From the IMG/VR virus record IMGVR_UViG_3300031521_000017: DNA of 44,987 nucleotides; one strand, given 5' to 3'. The first letter of the stretch is position 1. Each line of letters starts with the position of its first letter. The notes beneath the pieces are model-generated. The model was given only the letters and a program-made list of their open reading frames with translations, was not told the origin of the DNA and did no database searches. This document shows positions 1 through 10,766 of this stretch, in pieces. The stretch is from a virus. The translations under genes were made by a program, and so were the position numbers.

Positions 1-32
1 AAGTAATCTCTTCTCCATTAATAACTACTGAC
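1..32 (-). CDS. 5' end of a leftward gene that runs out of the window (MSVVINGEEIT...)
   Basis: Minus-strand ATG at 32 preceded by an AAGGAGGA ribosome-binding site; the ORF continues past coordinate 1. Confidence 0.3.
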
Positions 33-99
33 ATAATATCCTCCTTGTGTCGCTTTTATTTCTACCCATAGTATAACACAATTTTTCTAGACAGTCAAA

Positions 100-1650
100 T
101 TAAATCATTAATGAAAATGTTAATTTCTGTCTATATAAACTCTGATAAATGTTTGTTTTTACCTCCATAGAACGACCCAAAGCTTCTCCTCTACTTTTAA
201 CAGCTGGATCGCCAGACCACTTGTTTAACTTTACAAACTGATCCCTGTCCATAGACTCTGGTTGCATTTGAAGAAGAGAAGTGTTTTGGTAAATTTTATC
301 TAGTAAAGTTTCCATGCCATAAACCTTATGGTTAACAACCATAAACAAAGCTCGATCTCCTGAAAATCCGCTTCCAGATAATGCGAATAAAGCTCCACTA
401 AGCTTAATTAATTCTTGTATGTCCTGCCAATCCTTAGTGATATTAGAGGCAGTCCCAGGCTTATCCTTGCCCGCCGCAGTATTTATCAAGGCATTCATAA
501 AAGCATTGTTCTCTATTAAACCACTCCGGCTTAGAATCATAATCAATGGAGATCCAGTTAGAATATTCACCGCATTAACGCCAAGATCTCCAGATCTATG
601 ACTTTTGATAGAGAATGGAATTGTCAAACGAAAAGTCTTATTATCAATAGTTAAAGAGACATCTTCCTTTGACCGTCTAGATTTGTATAAAGTTTTATTC
701 AAAGCTTTATAAGCTGCGATGGTCTCTGGAGAGTGTTTTATTTTAATATAAGAGGCTCCTTTCGAGAGAGCGGAGAAAGAAGCGTCGCTATCTAATTTAA
801 GATAATCTCCTAGAAATTCTCCCATTATCATAGGAACTCCTACCTCAACTGCGTATTTACTTAAGAATCCTTTGCACCCGCTAATCCATCCATATACTTT
901 TTCCGCAATAGATGAAAGGATCTCACTTCCACCCGGGATAGTCTTTATAGATGAAATAGCTTTAGGTTGTTTCAAAGCTTCATTCATTACGATAAGTTTT
1001 GCAAGAGCCGTAGTAATCCTTTTCCCTGCAACTGCAGATCCTTCTGGATAATAAAAGAATCCAGATTTCTTAGACTTTTCAGAAAATTTATTCAATACCT
1101 GAACGGCAATTTCATTATCATTTCCAGCTAAAAGATTGCCTTTTGCAATTTGATCTTCAATAATAAGCTGGGCAATACTGGAATAAGATTCTTTAATGAA
1201 ATTCTTTCCTGAATCATTCAATAACTTTTCAACACCTTTTTGGAAATCACCTAAATTATTAATAAAATTCTGAGCTTCTTGCTCATTCTCTTTAACTCTT
1301 GTAGCAATAGTCTGAAAAGAAATCTCTGGGCCTCCACCCATAGGGAAATAGCTTCCAACGCTCATAGGAGACTCATCTTTAATTGAGGAATCAGAGAGCA
1401 TTGCACTTAATTGCTTCTCTCCTCCGGGTGTGGTTAACGCTTTAAGCATTTTCAAACTTTCAGAGGTATCTCCGCCAGTTCTTGCTTGCGCACGTTGTCT
1501 CTTTGCCAATTCTGCCTTTTGTTGAGTCAAGAGCAGAGCTTTGTTCGTGTAAAATTTTCTATATCCGCCTTGAGCGACAAAATCTTCATAAAAGAAATGC
1601 AAATAAGAATTAGGTCTCCACCCATAATTTGTTAAGTTTGCCATTTTCAC
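100..1650 (-). CDS. late/structural protein of 516 aa, function unassigned; the position suggests a tail component (sheath or large tail protein possible)
   Basis: Long ORF in the leftward structural operon directly after a terminator and the tail-protein-like gene; AGGAGG-like ribosome-binding site (ctcctgactt on the plus strand). Confidence 0.5.
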   Translation of the reverse strand: MKMANLTNYGWRPNSYLHFFYEDFVAQGGYRKFYTNKALLLTQQKAELAKRQRAQARTGGDTSESLKMLKALTTPGGEKQLSAMLSDSSIKDESPMSVGSYFPMGGGPEISFQTIATRVKENEQEAQNFINNLGDFQKGVEKLLNDSGKNFIKESYSSIAQLIIEDQIAKGNLLAGNDNEIAVQVLNKFSEKSKKSGFFYYPEGSAVAGKRITTALAKLIVMNEALKQPKAISSIKTIPGGSEILSSIAEKVYGWISGCKGFLSKYAVEVGVPMIMGEFLGDYLKLDSDASFSALSKGASYIKIKHSPETIAAYKALNKTLYKSRRSKEDVSLTIDNKTFRLTIPFSIKSHRSGDLGVNAVNILTGSPLIMILSRSGLIENNAFMNALINTAAGKDKPGTASNITKDWQDIQELIKLSGALFALSGSGFSGDRALFMVVNHKVYGMETLLDKIYQNTSLLQMQPESMDRDQFVKLNKWSGDPAVKSRGEALGRSMEVKTNIYQSLYRQKLTFSLMI

Positions 1651-1667
1651 CTCCTGACTTAGAATAA

Positions 1668-1702
1668 AAAAAAAGAGAGAAGTATTTCTACTTCTCTCTT
1701 TT
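1668..1702 (-). terminator. rho-independent terminator after the putative major tail gene
   Basis: Minus-strand hairpin AAGAGAGAAGTA-GAAA-TACTTCTCTCTT followed by T9. Confidence 0.6.
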
Positions 1703-1710
1703 CTATTTCT

Positions 1711-2601
1711 TTAACCTGCTGGAGTAGGATCCAGAATCTGGATGGCACAAAGTACCTTCTCATTTGAGAATGTCGTTGGAGCTGGGAAAGCGTCCATGAC
1801 AAACTTGAAAGTAGAAGGATCTCCAGTTGACGCCATAGCGAAGGTGAAGTTAGATTGAATCTTAACCTTAGGCAGAACAATCTCTGCAGCCAAGTCTTCA
1901 CCACTAGACTGATCACGGAAGAGAGTTGAAGCTTCAACATAGTAGTATCCACCAAACTTACCTGGGTCAATCGTAAGCTCTGTAGCTCCAGTTTCCTTAG
2001 TCACATAGAAGTCAAGGCGAACCTTATCTCCCTCAGTAGGCGCTGGATCAAACGTAAGAGTAACTGCCGTAGGTGTAGTTGCTGCATTAGCAGTAATCGC
2101 ACCAGTAGCAACCCCTGGATCTCCAATTCCTAGGGTCGTGATAGCTGCGCCAGAGTCATCAATAGAAGTACCGAAAATCGGCACGTCATCATCGAGATAA
2201 ACCTGAGCAGTTTCAGTTCCTGTTAGTCCAAGAGCATCGCCGTCGATCTTAACAGCTCCACCCACGCCTGCAATAACCTCAACAGTATTGTGTACTTGGA
2301 GTGGCTTGCCTGCTGTAGCATCTAGAAGTCCAGCTCCCGTAAGAACTGAGAACCCTAGAGGAGATAGCATAGCATCCTCAACGGTAAAAGTAAGAGTCTT
2401 CTCACCCTCCCACGCAAGTAGTCGAGAGTTACCCTTTCCGCCTTGAGCGTAAACAGTTGTTGCCGCACTCTCAAGAGTAGAAGTCTTCGCAGTGTCAATA
2501 TAGAGTACTGGCTCTCCTTTAAAGAACTCAGTGTTACCAACCTTTGTATTAGCGGTGGCCTTGAAAACAACGTCGCAAATTTCGCGTACACCAAATTTCA
2601 T
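1711..2601 (-). CDS. putative major tail (tube) protein with a Thr/Gly-rich Ig-like C-terminal extension
   Basis: Start MKFGVREI with an AAAGGAGGAAC ribosome-binding site; the C-terminal two thirds are rich in T/G/A/V beta-strand repeats, as in Ig-like decorations; a strong terminator follows, as expected for a highly expressed structural gene; lies in the tail region after the head-tail connector genes. Confidence 0.4.
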   Translation of the reverse strand: MKFGVREICDVVFKATANTKVGNTEFFKGEPVLYIDTAKTSTLESAATTVYAQGGKGNSRLLAWEGEKTLTFTVEDAMLSPLGFSVLTGAGLLDATAGKPLQVHNTVEVIAGVGGAVKIDGDALGLTGTETAQVYLDDDVPIFGTSIDDSGAAITTLGIGDPGVATGAITANAATTPTAVTLTFDPAPTEGDKVRLDFYVTKETGATELTIDPGKFGGYYYVEASTLFRDQSSGEDLAAEIVLPKVKIQSNFTFAMASTGDPSTFKFVMDAFPAPTTFSNEKVLCAIQILDPTPAG

Positions 2602-2635
2602 ATGATGTTCCTCCTTTATTTTTTTGTTCATTTGA

Positions 2636-3364
2636 CTACTGATGAATGTCATCCATCCAGTTGTCGATTTCGTCTAAGTCAGTCGCGCCGGCCATTCGTG
2701 CTTGAAGGTCTATTCCGAAAGAATGATTTAATTGGAATCTTTTGAATTCATCATAAAGTTGATAAACAGTATGACTAAAAAGAACTTTCAGATCCATTTG
2801 TAAACCAATCGCTAAGATAGAAACATATCTACTAAAGACCGCAATCTTATTTGTATCGTGTCCCTTAGCCACCTCAGCTTTTTCTCGACCTTTTTTTAGT
2901 TTTTCAGCTATCCTTTTCGCGGCCTCATTTTTAGGCTTGTAATCATTTGATTTTGCTTCATTTAAACAAAATATTTGAACAAGTATATTTTGAAATTCCG
3001 GAAAAATCTCTTTCCCAATTACGATATGTTCTGTTTCATTATCTAAATGAATTCCATCTAATTCAAAAGATGGATTATGCAAAGGAAAAATCAAACTTAA
3101 AACCATAAGTGCACAAATCTGTTGAGAATTTTCATCCTCGCTACACACTATTGACATTAATATATCAAAATTATCTTTATCAGTTAAACTCATTTTGTCC
3201 TCTTCTTTAAGAAGTTCTTTTGATATATTCAAAAGTTGACATCCGATAAAGAAATTCTTTTCACCTATAAAAGCAATTTCATGAATTGTAGGCGGGTGGA
3301 CATTTATAGTCGCGGCTAAAAAAGGAATATCATTTCCAGACAATAAACATAGTTCTTCTAACAT
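2636..3364 (-). CDS. hypothetical structural-module protein (242 aa)
   Basis: ORF tightly packed in the late operon. Confidence 0.45.
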   Translation of the reverse strand: MLEELCLLSGNDIPFLAATINVHPPTIHEIAFIGEKNFFIGCQLLNISKELLKEEDKMSLTDKDNFDILMSIVCSEDENSQQICALMVLSLIFPLHNPSFELDGIHLDNETEHIVIGKEIFPEFQNILVQIFCLNEAKSNDYKPKNEAAKRIAEKLKKGREKAEVAKGHDTNKIAVFSRYVSILAIGLQMDLKVLFSHTVYQLYDEFKRFQLNHSFGIDLQARMAGATDLDEIDNWMDDIHQ

Positions 3365-3367
3365 GAT

Positions 3368-3946
3368 CTAATCCTTTATAGGAATAAGATCATCAGAACC
3401 ATGAATTGCAGCATACCTTAAAAGGTATCCAGATAAATTTTCATCTAATACAATTTCATTAGCATTCATAAATTGAAGAGTGCCAATACCTGAAAGTCTA
3501 GTTTTATTAAGTAAACCATCAATATATCCCATAATCTTTATAGGTCTTAATTGATAATCTCCTAAATCCCAATGTGCCGTATGACAAATAATATTAAAAT
3601 CAATTACACAATCTCTAAATTCAGGGTTTGTGTTATTCGGAGAGAAGTTGTTAAACTCAATCATAAGATAAGCTTTAACCTCTTCATGTTCACCAAACTC
3701 AATTTTAGGTTCAATTTTAATGTATCCCATATCCCGCAGCTCTGCGAGTCCGATACCAGAAATTTTTTGAGTATAGTTTTCATTAGTCGTGTCCAAACAA
3801 TCCTTGTTATTGATAACAAGCAGTCTTTTTAATACATCGCTGTATGGACGACTATCTACAAATAACTTTCTTAGGATCGCCTCCATATCTTTTTCGCAAG
3901 AAAGAAATGATGAATTAAGATTATTAAGTAATGTATGTTTTACCAT
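3368..3946 (-). CDS. hypothetical structural-module protein (start taken at MVKHTLL)
   Basis: AAAGGAGGA ribosome-binding site 6 nt upstream of the internal ATG; ORF packed in the late operon. Confidence 0.45.
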   Translation of the reverse strand: MVKHTLLNNLNSSFLSCEKDMEAILRKLFVDSRPYSDVLKRLLVINNKDCLDTTNENYTQKISGIGLAELRDMGYIKIEPKIEFGEHEEVKAYLMIEFNNFSPNNTNPEFRDCVIDFNIICHTAHWDLGDYQLRPIKIMGYIDGLLNKTRLSGIGTLQFMNANEIVLDENLSGYLLRYAAIHGSDDLIPIKD

Positions 3947-3968
3947 AGTCGATCCTCCTTTTGTCTCC

Positions 3969-4877
3969 TTATAATAATGATTCAATAGTAATTGTTAATG
4001 ATATATCCGCAAGATCAGGTCGTTGATAAATTAAGTTAAACTTACCACTTCGTCCTGAAGTAACCTCAATATCAACTGAAGTTGATGTTGATGCAATAAT
4101 TTTTGCTTTATCATTACTTACTATCCAAGTACCATTATTCGCTAATACTATTTGATACTTTTGAGTATCATAAGGCCGCACAAAAACTTCTCCAGTAATG
4201 TGCGGGACAAGAGTATTCACAGGTTCTAAAATTGGGGTTATCTGCAAATCTTGCATTGGGTTGTCAAAAGATTCACTTAGGTGAACTTCTATTAATCCCT
4301 CTATGCTTAAGCTATCAGTTGTCTCAACTTGCCAAGTGTGTCCTTCTAATTGTATTTCTTTGAATCTTTTTAAGTATTCTAAAGAATTATCAGTTTTGGC
4401 AATATACATAACAATAGACTCAGACATATTATTCCAACTGGTGCCTGTACTTCCTCCATTTTTCCAAGAGAGCTGTGACTCCGTAGGTCCTTGTATATAA
4501 ACATAATAATCTGAATTGTCAATTACTAATTTATAACGGCATCTGCGGATGAATCCTCTAAAATAAGCAGTTTCAGTTAATTCCGGCAAATAGACTAACC
4601 AATAAGTATCATTTGATATCCAATGGAATGTATCGCCGGGTTTGAATCCTGAACTACTTAAAATAGAAACTACTTTATTGTCATAATCTGGTTTTAATTG
4701 GTCTGGATTAATTAAACATTGGAATTCTTTATCGTCCCAAACTCTTTGAATGGTGACAGACTGATAAGAATCTTTAAGAGCTGCCTTAAGAGAATACTCT
4801 TTCATTTTATTCATCCGATCAATGGGCTTTGCTCCTAAAAAGTTTAATCTTGTGCGTAAGTTTTCTAATCCTGGCAT
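3969..4877 (-). CDS. hypothetical structural-module protein (302 aa)
   Basis: ORF in the late operon, overlapping its neighbours by a few nt. Confidence 0.5.
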   Translation of the reverse strand: MPGLENLRTRLNFLGAKPIDRMNKMKEYSLKAALKDSYQSVTIQRVWDDKEFQCLINPDQLKPDYDNKVVSILSSSGFKPGDTFHWISNDTYWLVYLPELTETAYFRGFIRRCRYKLVIDNSDYYVYIQGPTESQLSWKNGGSTGTSWNNMSESIVMYIAKTDNSLEYLKRFKEIQLEGHTWQVETTDSLSIEGLIEVHLSESFDNPMQDLQITPILEPVNTLVPHITGEVFVRPYDTQKYQIVLANNGTWIVSNDKAKIIASTSTSVDIEVTSGRSGKFNLIYQRPDLADISLTITIESLL

Positions 4878-5170
4878 TGTTTTTTAACTGTATCCATAAG
4901 ACCTAAACACTCAAAGATGGTCTTTCGAAAAAGCATAAAATCTTCTTCTGCCTCTAGAGTTTTTAAAGCCTCAAGTTTACACAATAAAGAGAACAGCTCT
5001 GTTTGATCGGAGAGCAGAGTGTTCATACCTTTTAACTCGATAATCAAAGTCTGTAATGGTTTTTTCCAATCCAAACCTTCTTCTCTATTTGGAAGAAGTT
5101 TGTATATTTGATTGGTTATTCTAAACAGGTTTTTTTGAATCGCATTATTGTTTATTCCGGAGGTGCTCAT
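4865..5170 (-). CDS. small head-tail-joining-sized protein (101 aa)
   Basis: Translationally coupled (ATGA overlap) small ORF between the capsid and tail genes. Confidence 0.45.
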   Translation of the reverse strand: MSTSGINNNAIQKNLFRITNQIYKLLPNREEGLDWKKPLQTLIIELKGMNTLLSDQTELFSLLCKLEALKTLEAEEDFMLFRKTIFECLGLMDTVKKQCQD

Positions 5171-5640
5171 TATCGCATCTCCATTAAACTATCAAAAGAA
5201 GAAACAATTTTACCTTCAGCATTTTTACGACGTCTATTGTAAAGTCGCTGTAAGTGAATACCTTCTTTTAAGTAAGTATCCCTAATACCACTAATAGCTT
5301 TCATATGAGCAGCTTGTGAAGTAAACTTAAAGTCTTGTCCACTGTACTTCATACGAATATTATCTACTGTAGCTAGTTGCTGGCTCATCCATCCTACCAG
5401 CATATAGGTAGCAAGAATGTTAATCTCTTCTTGGGACAAAACTGTATTGAATGTAGCCACGTCTATATTATATGAAGAAATATCTACTTTGGGAAATTCA
5501 AAGAAAGGAATCGCATTAATTAACAAATCCTTCAAAATATCTTGAACTTCTTCGGGAAACATTTCCATATACATGTCATCTGTGACTTTTGATAAAAAAC
5601 TATCATAGACTTCCGAGAAAGAGGTGTTGTTCGTTGTCAT
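5170..5640 (-). CDS. small head-tail-joining-sized protein (156 aa)
   Basis: ORF in the late operon. Confidence 0.45.
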   Translation of the reverse strand: MTTNNTSFSEVYDSFLSKVTDDMYMEMFPEEVQDILKDLLINAIPFFEFPKVDISSYNIDVATFNTVLSQEEINILATYMLVGWMSQQLATVDNIRMKYSGQDFKFTSQAAHMKAISGIRDTYLKEGIHLQRLYNRRRKNAEGKIVSSFDSLMEMR

Positions 5641-5656
5641 AAAACACCTCCAATAT

Positions 5657-6196
5657 TTACTTTGTATCAGTAGTTTCTCTACTGATTACGCGTCTAGATG
5701 GCTTTGCCTCTTTAGCCGCTGCTTCCGCAGCCTCTTCTTCTGGTGTAGTCTCATTAAGAGCAATAGCGTTGGTAATATTCAATCCTGTTGCTTCTTGAAT
5801 AGCGGTTCTCTTATTCATATCATTAAGTTTAAGCGTTACAGCCAAACTTTTAATCATATCAATAATCCCAGCTGGAGCAAAATCCAAAGCATCTTTCAAC
5901 TTATCTAAAGGTTGATTCTCAAGAAGGTCTTTTACATCGGCTTCAGTCCAATTATACTCCTCTTCTGGCTCTAAGCCAATTTCGTCAAGGAATTCCTGAT
6001 TCTTAACAGAGAGGTAGTCTCTAATGAGAACATCTCCACCAGGCAAATATTGTAAAGCACGAAGTTCTTTTACCGAAACCTTTTTAGTTTCTCCCTTTAG
6101 AAAATTTCGAGAAACATGTAATTCTGGAAGTTCATATCCAACAGAATGATCTGCAAGATTCATTACGTCTATCAGAGTAGTTTGATTCAATGTCAT
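5657..6196 (-). CDS. acidic 179-aa protein (possible head-tail connector or adaptor)
   Basis: First ORF after the capsid terminator; acidic composition. Confidence 0.45.
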   Translation of the reverse strand: MTLNQTTLIDVMNLADHSVGYELPELHVSRNFLKGETKKVSVKELRALQYLPGGDVLIRDYLSVKNQEFLDEIGLEPEEEYNWTEADVKDLLENQPLDKLKDALDFAPAGIIDMIKSLAVTLKLNDMNKRTAIQEATGLNITNAIALNETTPEEEAAEAAAKEAKPSRRVISRETTDTK

Positions 6197-6217
6197 GGTA
6201 ATCTCCTTTTATCTCTT

Positions 6218-6249
6218 GGAAAAAGAAGGGGAGCTTTTCAGCTCCCCTT
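6218..6249 (-). terminator. rho-independent terminator after the capsid-like gene
   Basis: Minus-strand hairpin AAGGGGAGC-TGAAAA-GCTCCCCTT followed by CTTTTTCC. Confidence 0.6.
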
Positions 6250-6260
6250 ATTCATTTTTA

Positions 6261-7301
6261 TTAGTAAGTGTGGCTAGTTGAAAGACTTGTATTCTGGAAA
6301 CTACAAATGTTATTTGTAATTAAAGTTCCAATACCAATCTTCTTGTAAATCTGAATCTCACGAGATCCATCACGATTTACAAACTCTTGAGTTACAGCTT
6401 GACCCTCAAAAGCAACCTTAACAGGCTTAGATCCACCAGTAGGAATAATCCAAGCGTATGATGGATTAATAACCTTTGTAGTGTTAGTGTCATCCACAAA
6501 TGATTGCGGAAGAACGATAACCTGGTGTCCCTTATAGTTCGCTAAGTAACCATTAGCCCACTTGGCATCCTGCATACTAGGTGAAACCCAGTTAGTAGCA
6601 TCTGCCGGCATAATAGTTGCCGCAAACTCGTATGTACAGTAAATTGCACTCTTGCCATAGGCATCGGCGATAGCAATCAACTGGTCCATCTTAGGCTCGC
6701 TGAAGCCCGCATTGGTAAGCTTGTTGTGTGCAGGAAGGTTCGCAATAGAAGCGATTAACGCCTTTGCGATCTCCTTATAAACAGCCTCGTCAAGAGCAAG
6801 CATAACAACGTCAAGCACATCTGCGAACGTAATGCGGCCATCAAGGAACTCTTCAAGGCCGATTGATGCAGCTCCACCATAAGCCATGCTTGTGATGTTG
6901 ACAGTCTTACCGTCTAGCTTGAAGGTCTCATAGACACCAGCAAGTCCGACCTTGGTAACAAACTGCTTTGCGCGCATCTTTGACGCATTAGTAATACGGA
7001 TTCTGAATACAGGCTTGTCACCCTGGGCGACAGTCTGAACATCCGCAAACTGACTGTACTTGTCATAAATCCATGCTGGAAGAACTTCATCAATCGTCTG
7101 CTCAATAAGCTCGAAGATTGTATTCTTATTCTCACGATACAGCGCGAATGTTCCACCAAGCTCCTGAAGCTCAGTATAAATTGCCGCGTCTACTTCCTGA
7201 GCCGTAAACTTCTCTTCACCGAAGGCGTAAGCAACCGGAGAGGTTCTATCTGCCGTAGCAGAAAGTTTCATAAGCTTAAGTAATTCTTTCTTATCTAACA
7301 T
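6261..7301 (-). CDS. putative major capsid protein (346 aa)
   Basis: Size and position (after a scaffold-like gene, before a strong terminator) are typical of HK97-fold major capsid proteins; no similarity search was run. Confidence 0.5.
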   Translation of the reverse strand: MLDKKELLKLMKLSATADRTSPVAYAFGEEKFTAQEVDAAIYTELQELGGTFALYRENKNTIFELIEQTIDEVLPAWIYDKYSQFADVQTVAQGDKPVFRIRITNASKMRAKQFVTKVGLAGVYETFKLDGKTVNITSMAYGGAASIGLEEFLDGRITFADVLDVVMLALDEAVYKEIAKALIASIANLPAHNKLTNAGFSEPKMDQLIAIADAYGKSAIYCTYEFAATIMPADATNWVSPSMQDAKWANGYLANYKGHQVIVLPQSFVDDTNTTKVINPSYAWIIPTGGSKPVKVAFEGQAVTQEFVNRDGSREIQIYKKIGIGTLITNNICSFQNTSLSTSHTY

Positions 7302-7314
7302 TTATTCCCCTCCC

Positions 7315-7833
7315 TTACTGAATTCTCTGTAGTTTAACGGCAGCCTGACCATCAGGCATTGTTGTTACTTTTACGACCTTCCAGGTCATAGCCCCAGCAA
7401 CAGGGGTGGCAGGTTCCTTCTCAAGGATTCCTGTAGTTCCTACAACAAGATTAACGTCTACAACCTTAAGACCGGCATCTGTAGTCTTCACCATGTTAGT
7501 AGTGTAAATATCTCCAATATTTGTCTTGAAAAGACGCGGTGTAATAACACCATCTGTAGCCTCAGTTGTCTTGAGAGCGAAATCCTTATAATTCTGATAC
7601 TGTTCATTATAAAGCTTAACCTCGTTAAGAACAAGCATCCACTCTCCGGCACCGGTAAAGTTTACCTTGCCTGCGGCCATATCATACTTTGCAAAAGTAC
7701 CATTTTCGAGCACTGTTACAGAGGTCGCACTATCATCCCATGGAAGTTGAGCGTAAATCTGTCCAGTTCTAGGAGCAGAAAGGTGGTTAGGTTCAACCTG
7801 ACCATATCCTGTTCGGGTAAGTTCATTAGCCAT
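7315..7833 (-). CDS. 172-aa head-module protein (decoration or scaffold-associated?)
   Basis: ORF between the scaffold-like and capsid-like genes. Confidence 0.45.
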   Translation of the reverse strand: MANELTRTGYGQVEPNHLSAPRTGQIYAQLPWDDSATSVTVLENGTFAKYDMAAGKVNFTGAGEWMLVLNEVKLYNEQYQNYKDFALKTTEATDGVITPRLFKTNIGDIYTTNMVKTTDAGLKVVDVNLVVGTTGILEKEPATPVAGAMTWKVVKVTTMPDGQAAVKLQRIQ

Positions 7834-7859
7834 ATTTATAATCCTCCTTTAATTTTTAT

Positions 7860-9191
7860 TTAGTTGCTTTTCTTCGCGTCGCGAAGAACTTGCACGTGTG
7901 GTGGGATATTTCCCGCATCTTCACTATCTAAAGAGAAGATCAATGAAGCATCTACCGGAGTATCAACCTCTTCTTCTTCTCTGTCTAGATCAAAACTAAC
8001 TTTCTTGCGAACGCAAATTATTGACAATTTACCTTCAATATCCTCAAGACTATAAGATGTTTTATTCTTGATCACATCTTCCTTATCTTCATCAGATAGC
8101 ATATAGAAACTGTCGATAAGAGCATCTTTCTGAGTATTCTCTGTCTCTAACTTAAACTTTCTAAGCTCAATGACTTCACTCTCCAATGACTCATAATCTC
8201 CTTGAAGTTTCTCGAAATCAGTCTGTAACTGCATTTTAGTCTTCTCATCGTCAGCACATGCGGCCTTTGTAGGCGGAGTTTCTTTTTCCTCCTCGGGCTT
8301 TTCATCTGCTGCCGCAGCCTCTTCTTCCTCTGCAGTTTTTGCTGCAAATTCTACTTCCGCAGCTTCCTGAGCCGCAGCCTGTTCAGCTGTGAGCATTACT
8401 CCAAGTTCATCATCTGTGAAAAGACTTCTTTCTTCTGCGGTAAACTGAGTTGTTACTTTACCAGAAGCAATAAGTTCCTCTTTGGTCATATTCAATCCTC
8501 CTTCTTTTGTTTCTATCGCAGTCCGCAAATCGTGCATCATGCTAGATAGTGTAGTCTTAAATTCTTCATCTAAACTGAATGAAGGTTTTATTGTAGGAGC
8601 TCCAACCGCAGCCCCTTCAAAACATGGTTCAACATCTTTTCCTAAAATCGTAAGTTTAGAAAAGATTGCGTCATTGATAATGAAAAATTCAACTCCTGTT
8701 TTGTTGTCCGTTGCCCAATTTCCTTGTAAAGTTTTCTCATCTAATTCCATTGACTGGTTATTTCCCTCTTCAATAACACGCATTGCTTCTTCATATTGTC
8801 CAGTCCATAGATAACCAGTAGTCATCATATATTCACGCTGAATAACATTCCCAAAAGCATCTGTATCATCAAAAATCTGGAACCAAACCTGGGCATCAGG
8901 AGCGACAAATCCATACGGCTTAGTTAAGCATTCAAACTTAACTCCATCTCCATCCATAGTAATTCTTTGTCCATGATCGGTAAAATCTTCTTTACCCTCA
9001 TTAAAATATCCTACAATAGGACACCCAGGAAGAGAATTAGCCATATCCATAGCAACTTCTTTAGAAATAAAACTTCTGTTCCGATTCTGTCCTACATATA
9101 AAACCTTAATTTCGCATTGTGAAATTAAGGGATTCATAGGTGTAATATTAATGAATTCTGGTTTATCAATTGTTGCAACACTCTTTGGCAT
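7860..9191 (-). CDS. putative scaffold or prohead-maturation protein with a long acidic coiled-coil C-terminal half
   Basis: 443 aa; the C-terminal region is E/A/K-rich (AAAQEAAEVEFAAKTAEEEEAAAADEKPEEEKE...), typical of scaffolding domains; lies directly downstream of the portal-sized gene. Confidence 0.45.
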   Translation of the reverse strand: MPKSVATIDKPEFINITPMNPLISQCEIKVLYVGQNRNRSFISKEVAMDMANSLPGCPIVGYFNEGKEDFTDHGQRITMDGDGVKFECLTKPYGFVAPDAQVWFQIFDDTDAFGNVIQREYMMTTGYLWTGQYEEAMRVIEEGNNQSMELDEKTLQGNWATDNKTGVEFFIINDAIFSKLTILGKDVEPCFEGAAVGAPTIKPSFSLDEEFKTTLSSMMHDLRTAIETKEGGLNMTKEELIASGKVTTQFTAEERSLFTDDELGVMLTAEQAAAQEAAEVEFAAKTAEEEEAAAADEKPEEEKETPPTKAACADDEKTKMQLQTDFEKLQGDYESLESEVIELRKFKLETENTQKDALIDSFYMLSDEDKEDVIKNKTSYSLEDIEGKLSIICVRKKVSFDLDREEEEVDTPVDASLIFSLDSEDAGNIPPHVQVLRDAKKSN

Positions 9192-9200
9192 CTATTCCTC

Positions 9201-10766
9201 CTAACTTGCTGCTTCTCTATTCTGTCTTGTCTTATCACTCTGCTGATCCTCAGGAAGAGGTGGTCTTCCTGTTTCTCCAGTAGTTGATTTTCCACCACCT
9301 GGAGTTGTATTACTAGAAGCTGGAGGGATAAACAACTCATTCAAATTCAAAACTTCATTCTCAAAATATGCCGTTGACATAATAGAACTTTGAGATTGTC
9401 CTAACGCAACTTGCGGCAAAATCTTAGAAAATCCAATTGACATTTGCTCTTTATATAGTTTTGAAAGATCTTTATAGTTATATATTGTTGTGCCTAAAAT
9501 TTGAACTGTATATTTTAATTTTTTTGGATTTCTATTAAATGGCTCTAACAAGTCATTTAAGAAAGCTTCGAATTGATAAATTAATCCAGACATTGAAGCC
9601 TCATCATTAGCCACTGATTTATCTAATGATAAGTTTCCGCCAGCATTGAATTGCTGTTGAGAGACACCAGCTTCATTGAAGACCGCACGTTCTACTTTGC
9701 TTGTCTCATCATACTGGCTAGTAGCGCTTCTGTCTGAGACGTCTTCAACATTAACATCCGCAAAGGTTGTTAATACATTAACACCAACTGCTTTTCCAAG
9801 CATTGCCACTACGTTATTATGTAATACTTTTGCCTCTTCAACATCAAAGACTAATTCGTTATTTTTATCTAATGGCAACTGTTGAATAATAATTTTCAAC
9901 AGCTGTTGCATCATTTTCTTTTTGTCTAATTCTTTTGCTTCTTCTAAGTCAATAATTGCAGGGATGACAGAAATAAGCATTGGAATGTTACTGCCATTAA
10001 TATTAAATTTAACTGTTTTAGTATAATCTAACATATGCCAACCCTGATTATCTCCCGCGAAATCAATAGGTAGTTTTCCTTGTTTGTAAAGGATATACCC
10101 TTTTCGGATTTCCGCAGGAAATACATTAAGAATCTTAATTCTTTGCATTGTATCTGGAAACATATTATCAAAGAATTGCATATTCATCTCTAAAACAGGT
10201 TTTCTTCCCATTGAGAAACGAGATCTACAATATTTAGGAGGAAGTTCTTGTAGAACTGTCGTCCCATTCTGAGTTATTTTATACCCATAATAAACGCCCT
10301 GTAATAAAACTTTAAGAGCAATTTCTCCGAACATCTGCTTAACGCCAAAAGAGTCTAGATAAGTAAGGGACTTGAAAAATCCTTCAAGAATTTTCTCTTT
10401 CTTGATTTTATCATCTAAAATGATTGGCGTTACTACCCAATCATATCTATAAAGATAAGCCATGTATCTGCAAAGTCGCGCATAGATTCCACTACTCTTA
10501 AAGAATAGGGCAGATATATCTCTCAAAAGAGGTTCATTCTCTGCTTTTATCGCTTTAATAATTTCTTCTTTTGTTGCTTTAGAATTGCCTTTCTGAAAGA
10601 AGTTAATATCTGTCAGTGGATCTGAAAGAGTTTTCAACCCTACTTTTAGATTTGCATATTCAAGAGCTTTGATTGGATCATATTCTTCATTTCGATCTTG
10701 ACCTACATGCATATCAAAACCCTTTTCTTTGATTTCTTCTATTGTTCTTGACAATATAAAGGACAC
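9201..10766 (-). CDS. putative portal protein (521 aa)
   Basis: Size and position immediately downstream of the terminase large subunit. Confidence 0.55.
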   Translation of the reverse strand: MSFILSRTIEEIKEKGFDMHVGQDRNEEYDPIKALEYANLKVGLKTLSDPLTDINFFQKGNSKATKEEIIKAIKAENEPLLRDISALFFKSSGIYARLCRYMAYLYRYDWVVTPIILDDKIKKEKILEGFFKSLTYLDSFGVKQMFGEIALKVLLQGVYYGYKITQNGTTVLQELPPKYCRSRFSMGRKPVLEMNMQFFDNMFPDTMQRIKILNVFPAEIRKGYILYKQGKLPIDFAGDNQGWHMLDYTKTVKFNINGSNIPMLISVIPAIIDLEEAKELDKKKMMQQLLKIIIQQLPLDKNNELVFDVEEAKVLHNNVVAMLGKAVGVNVLTTFADVNVEDVSDRSATSQYDETSKVERAVFNEAGVSQQQFNAGGNLSLDKSVANDEASMSGLIYQFEAFLNDLLEPFNRNPKKLKYTVQILGTTIYNYKDLSKLYKEQMSIGFSKILPQVALGQSQSSIMSTAYFENEVLNLNELFIPPASSNTTPGGGKSTTGETGRPPLPEDQQSDKTRQNREAAS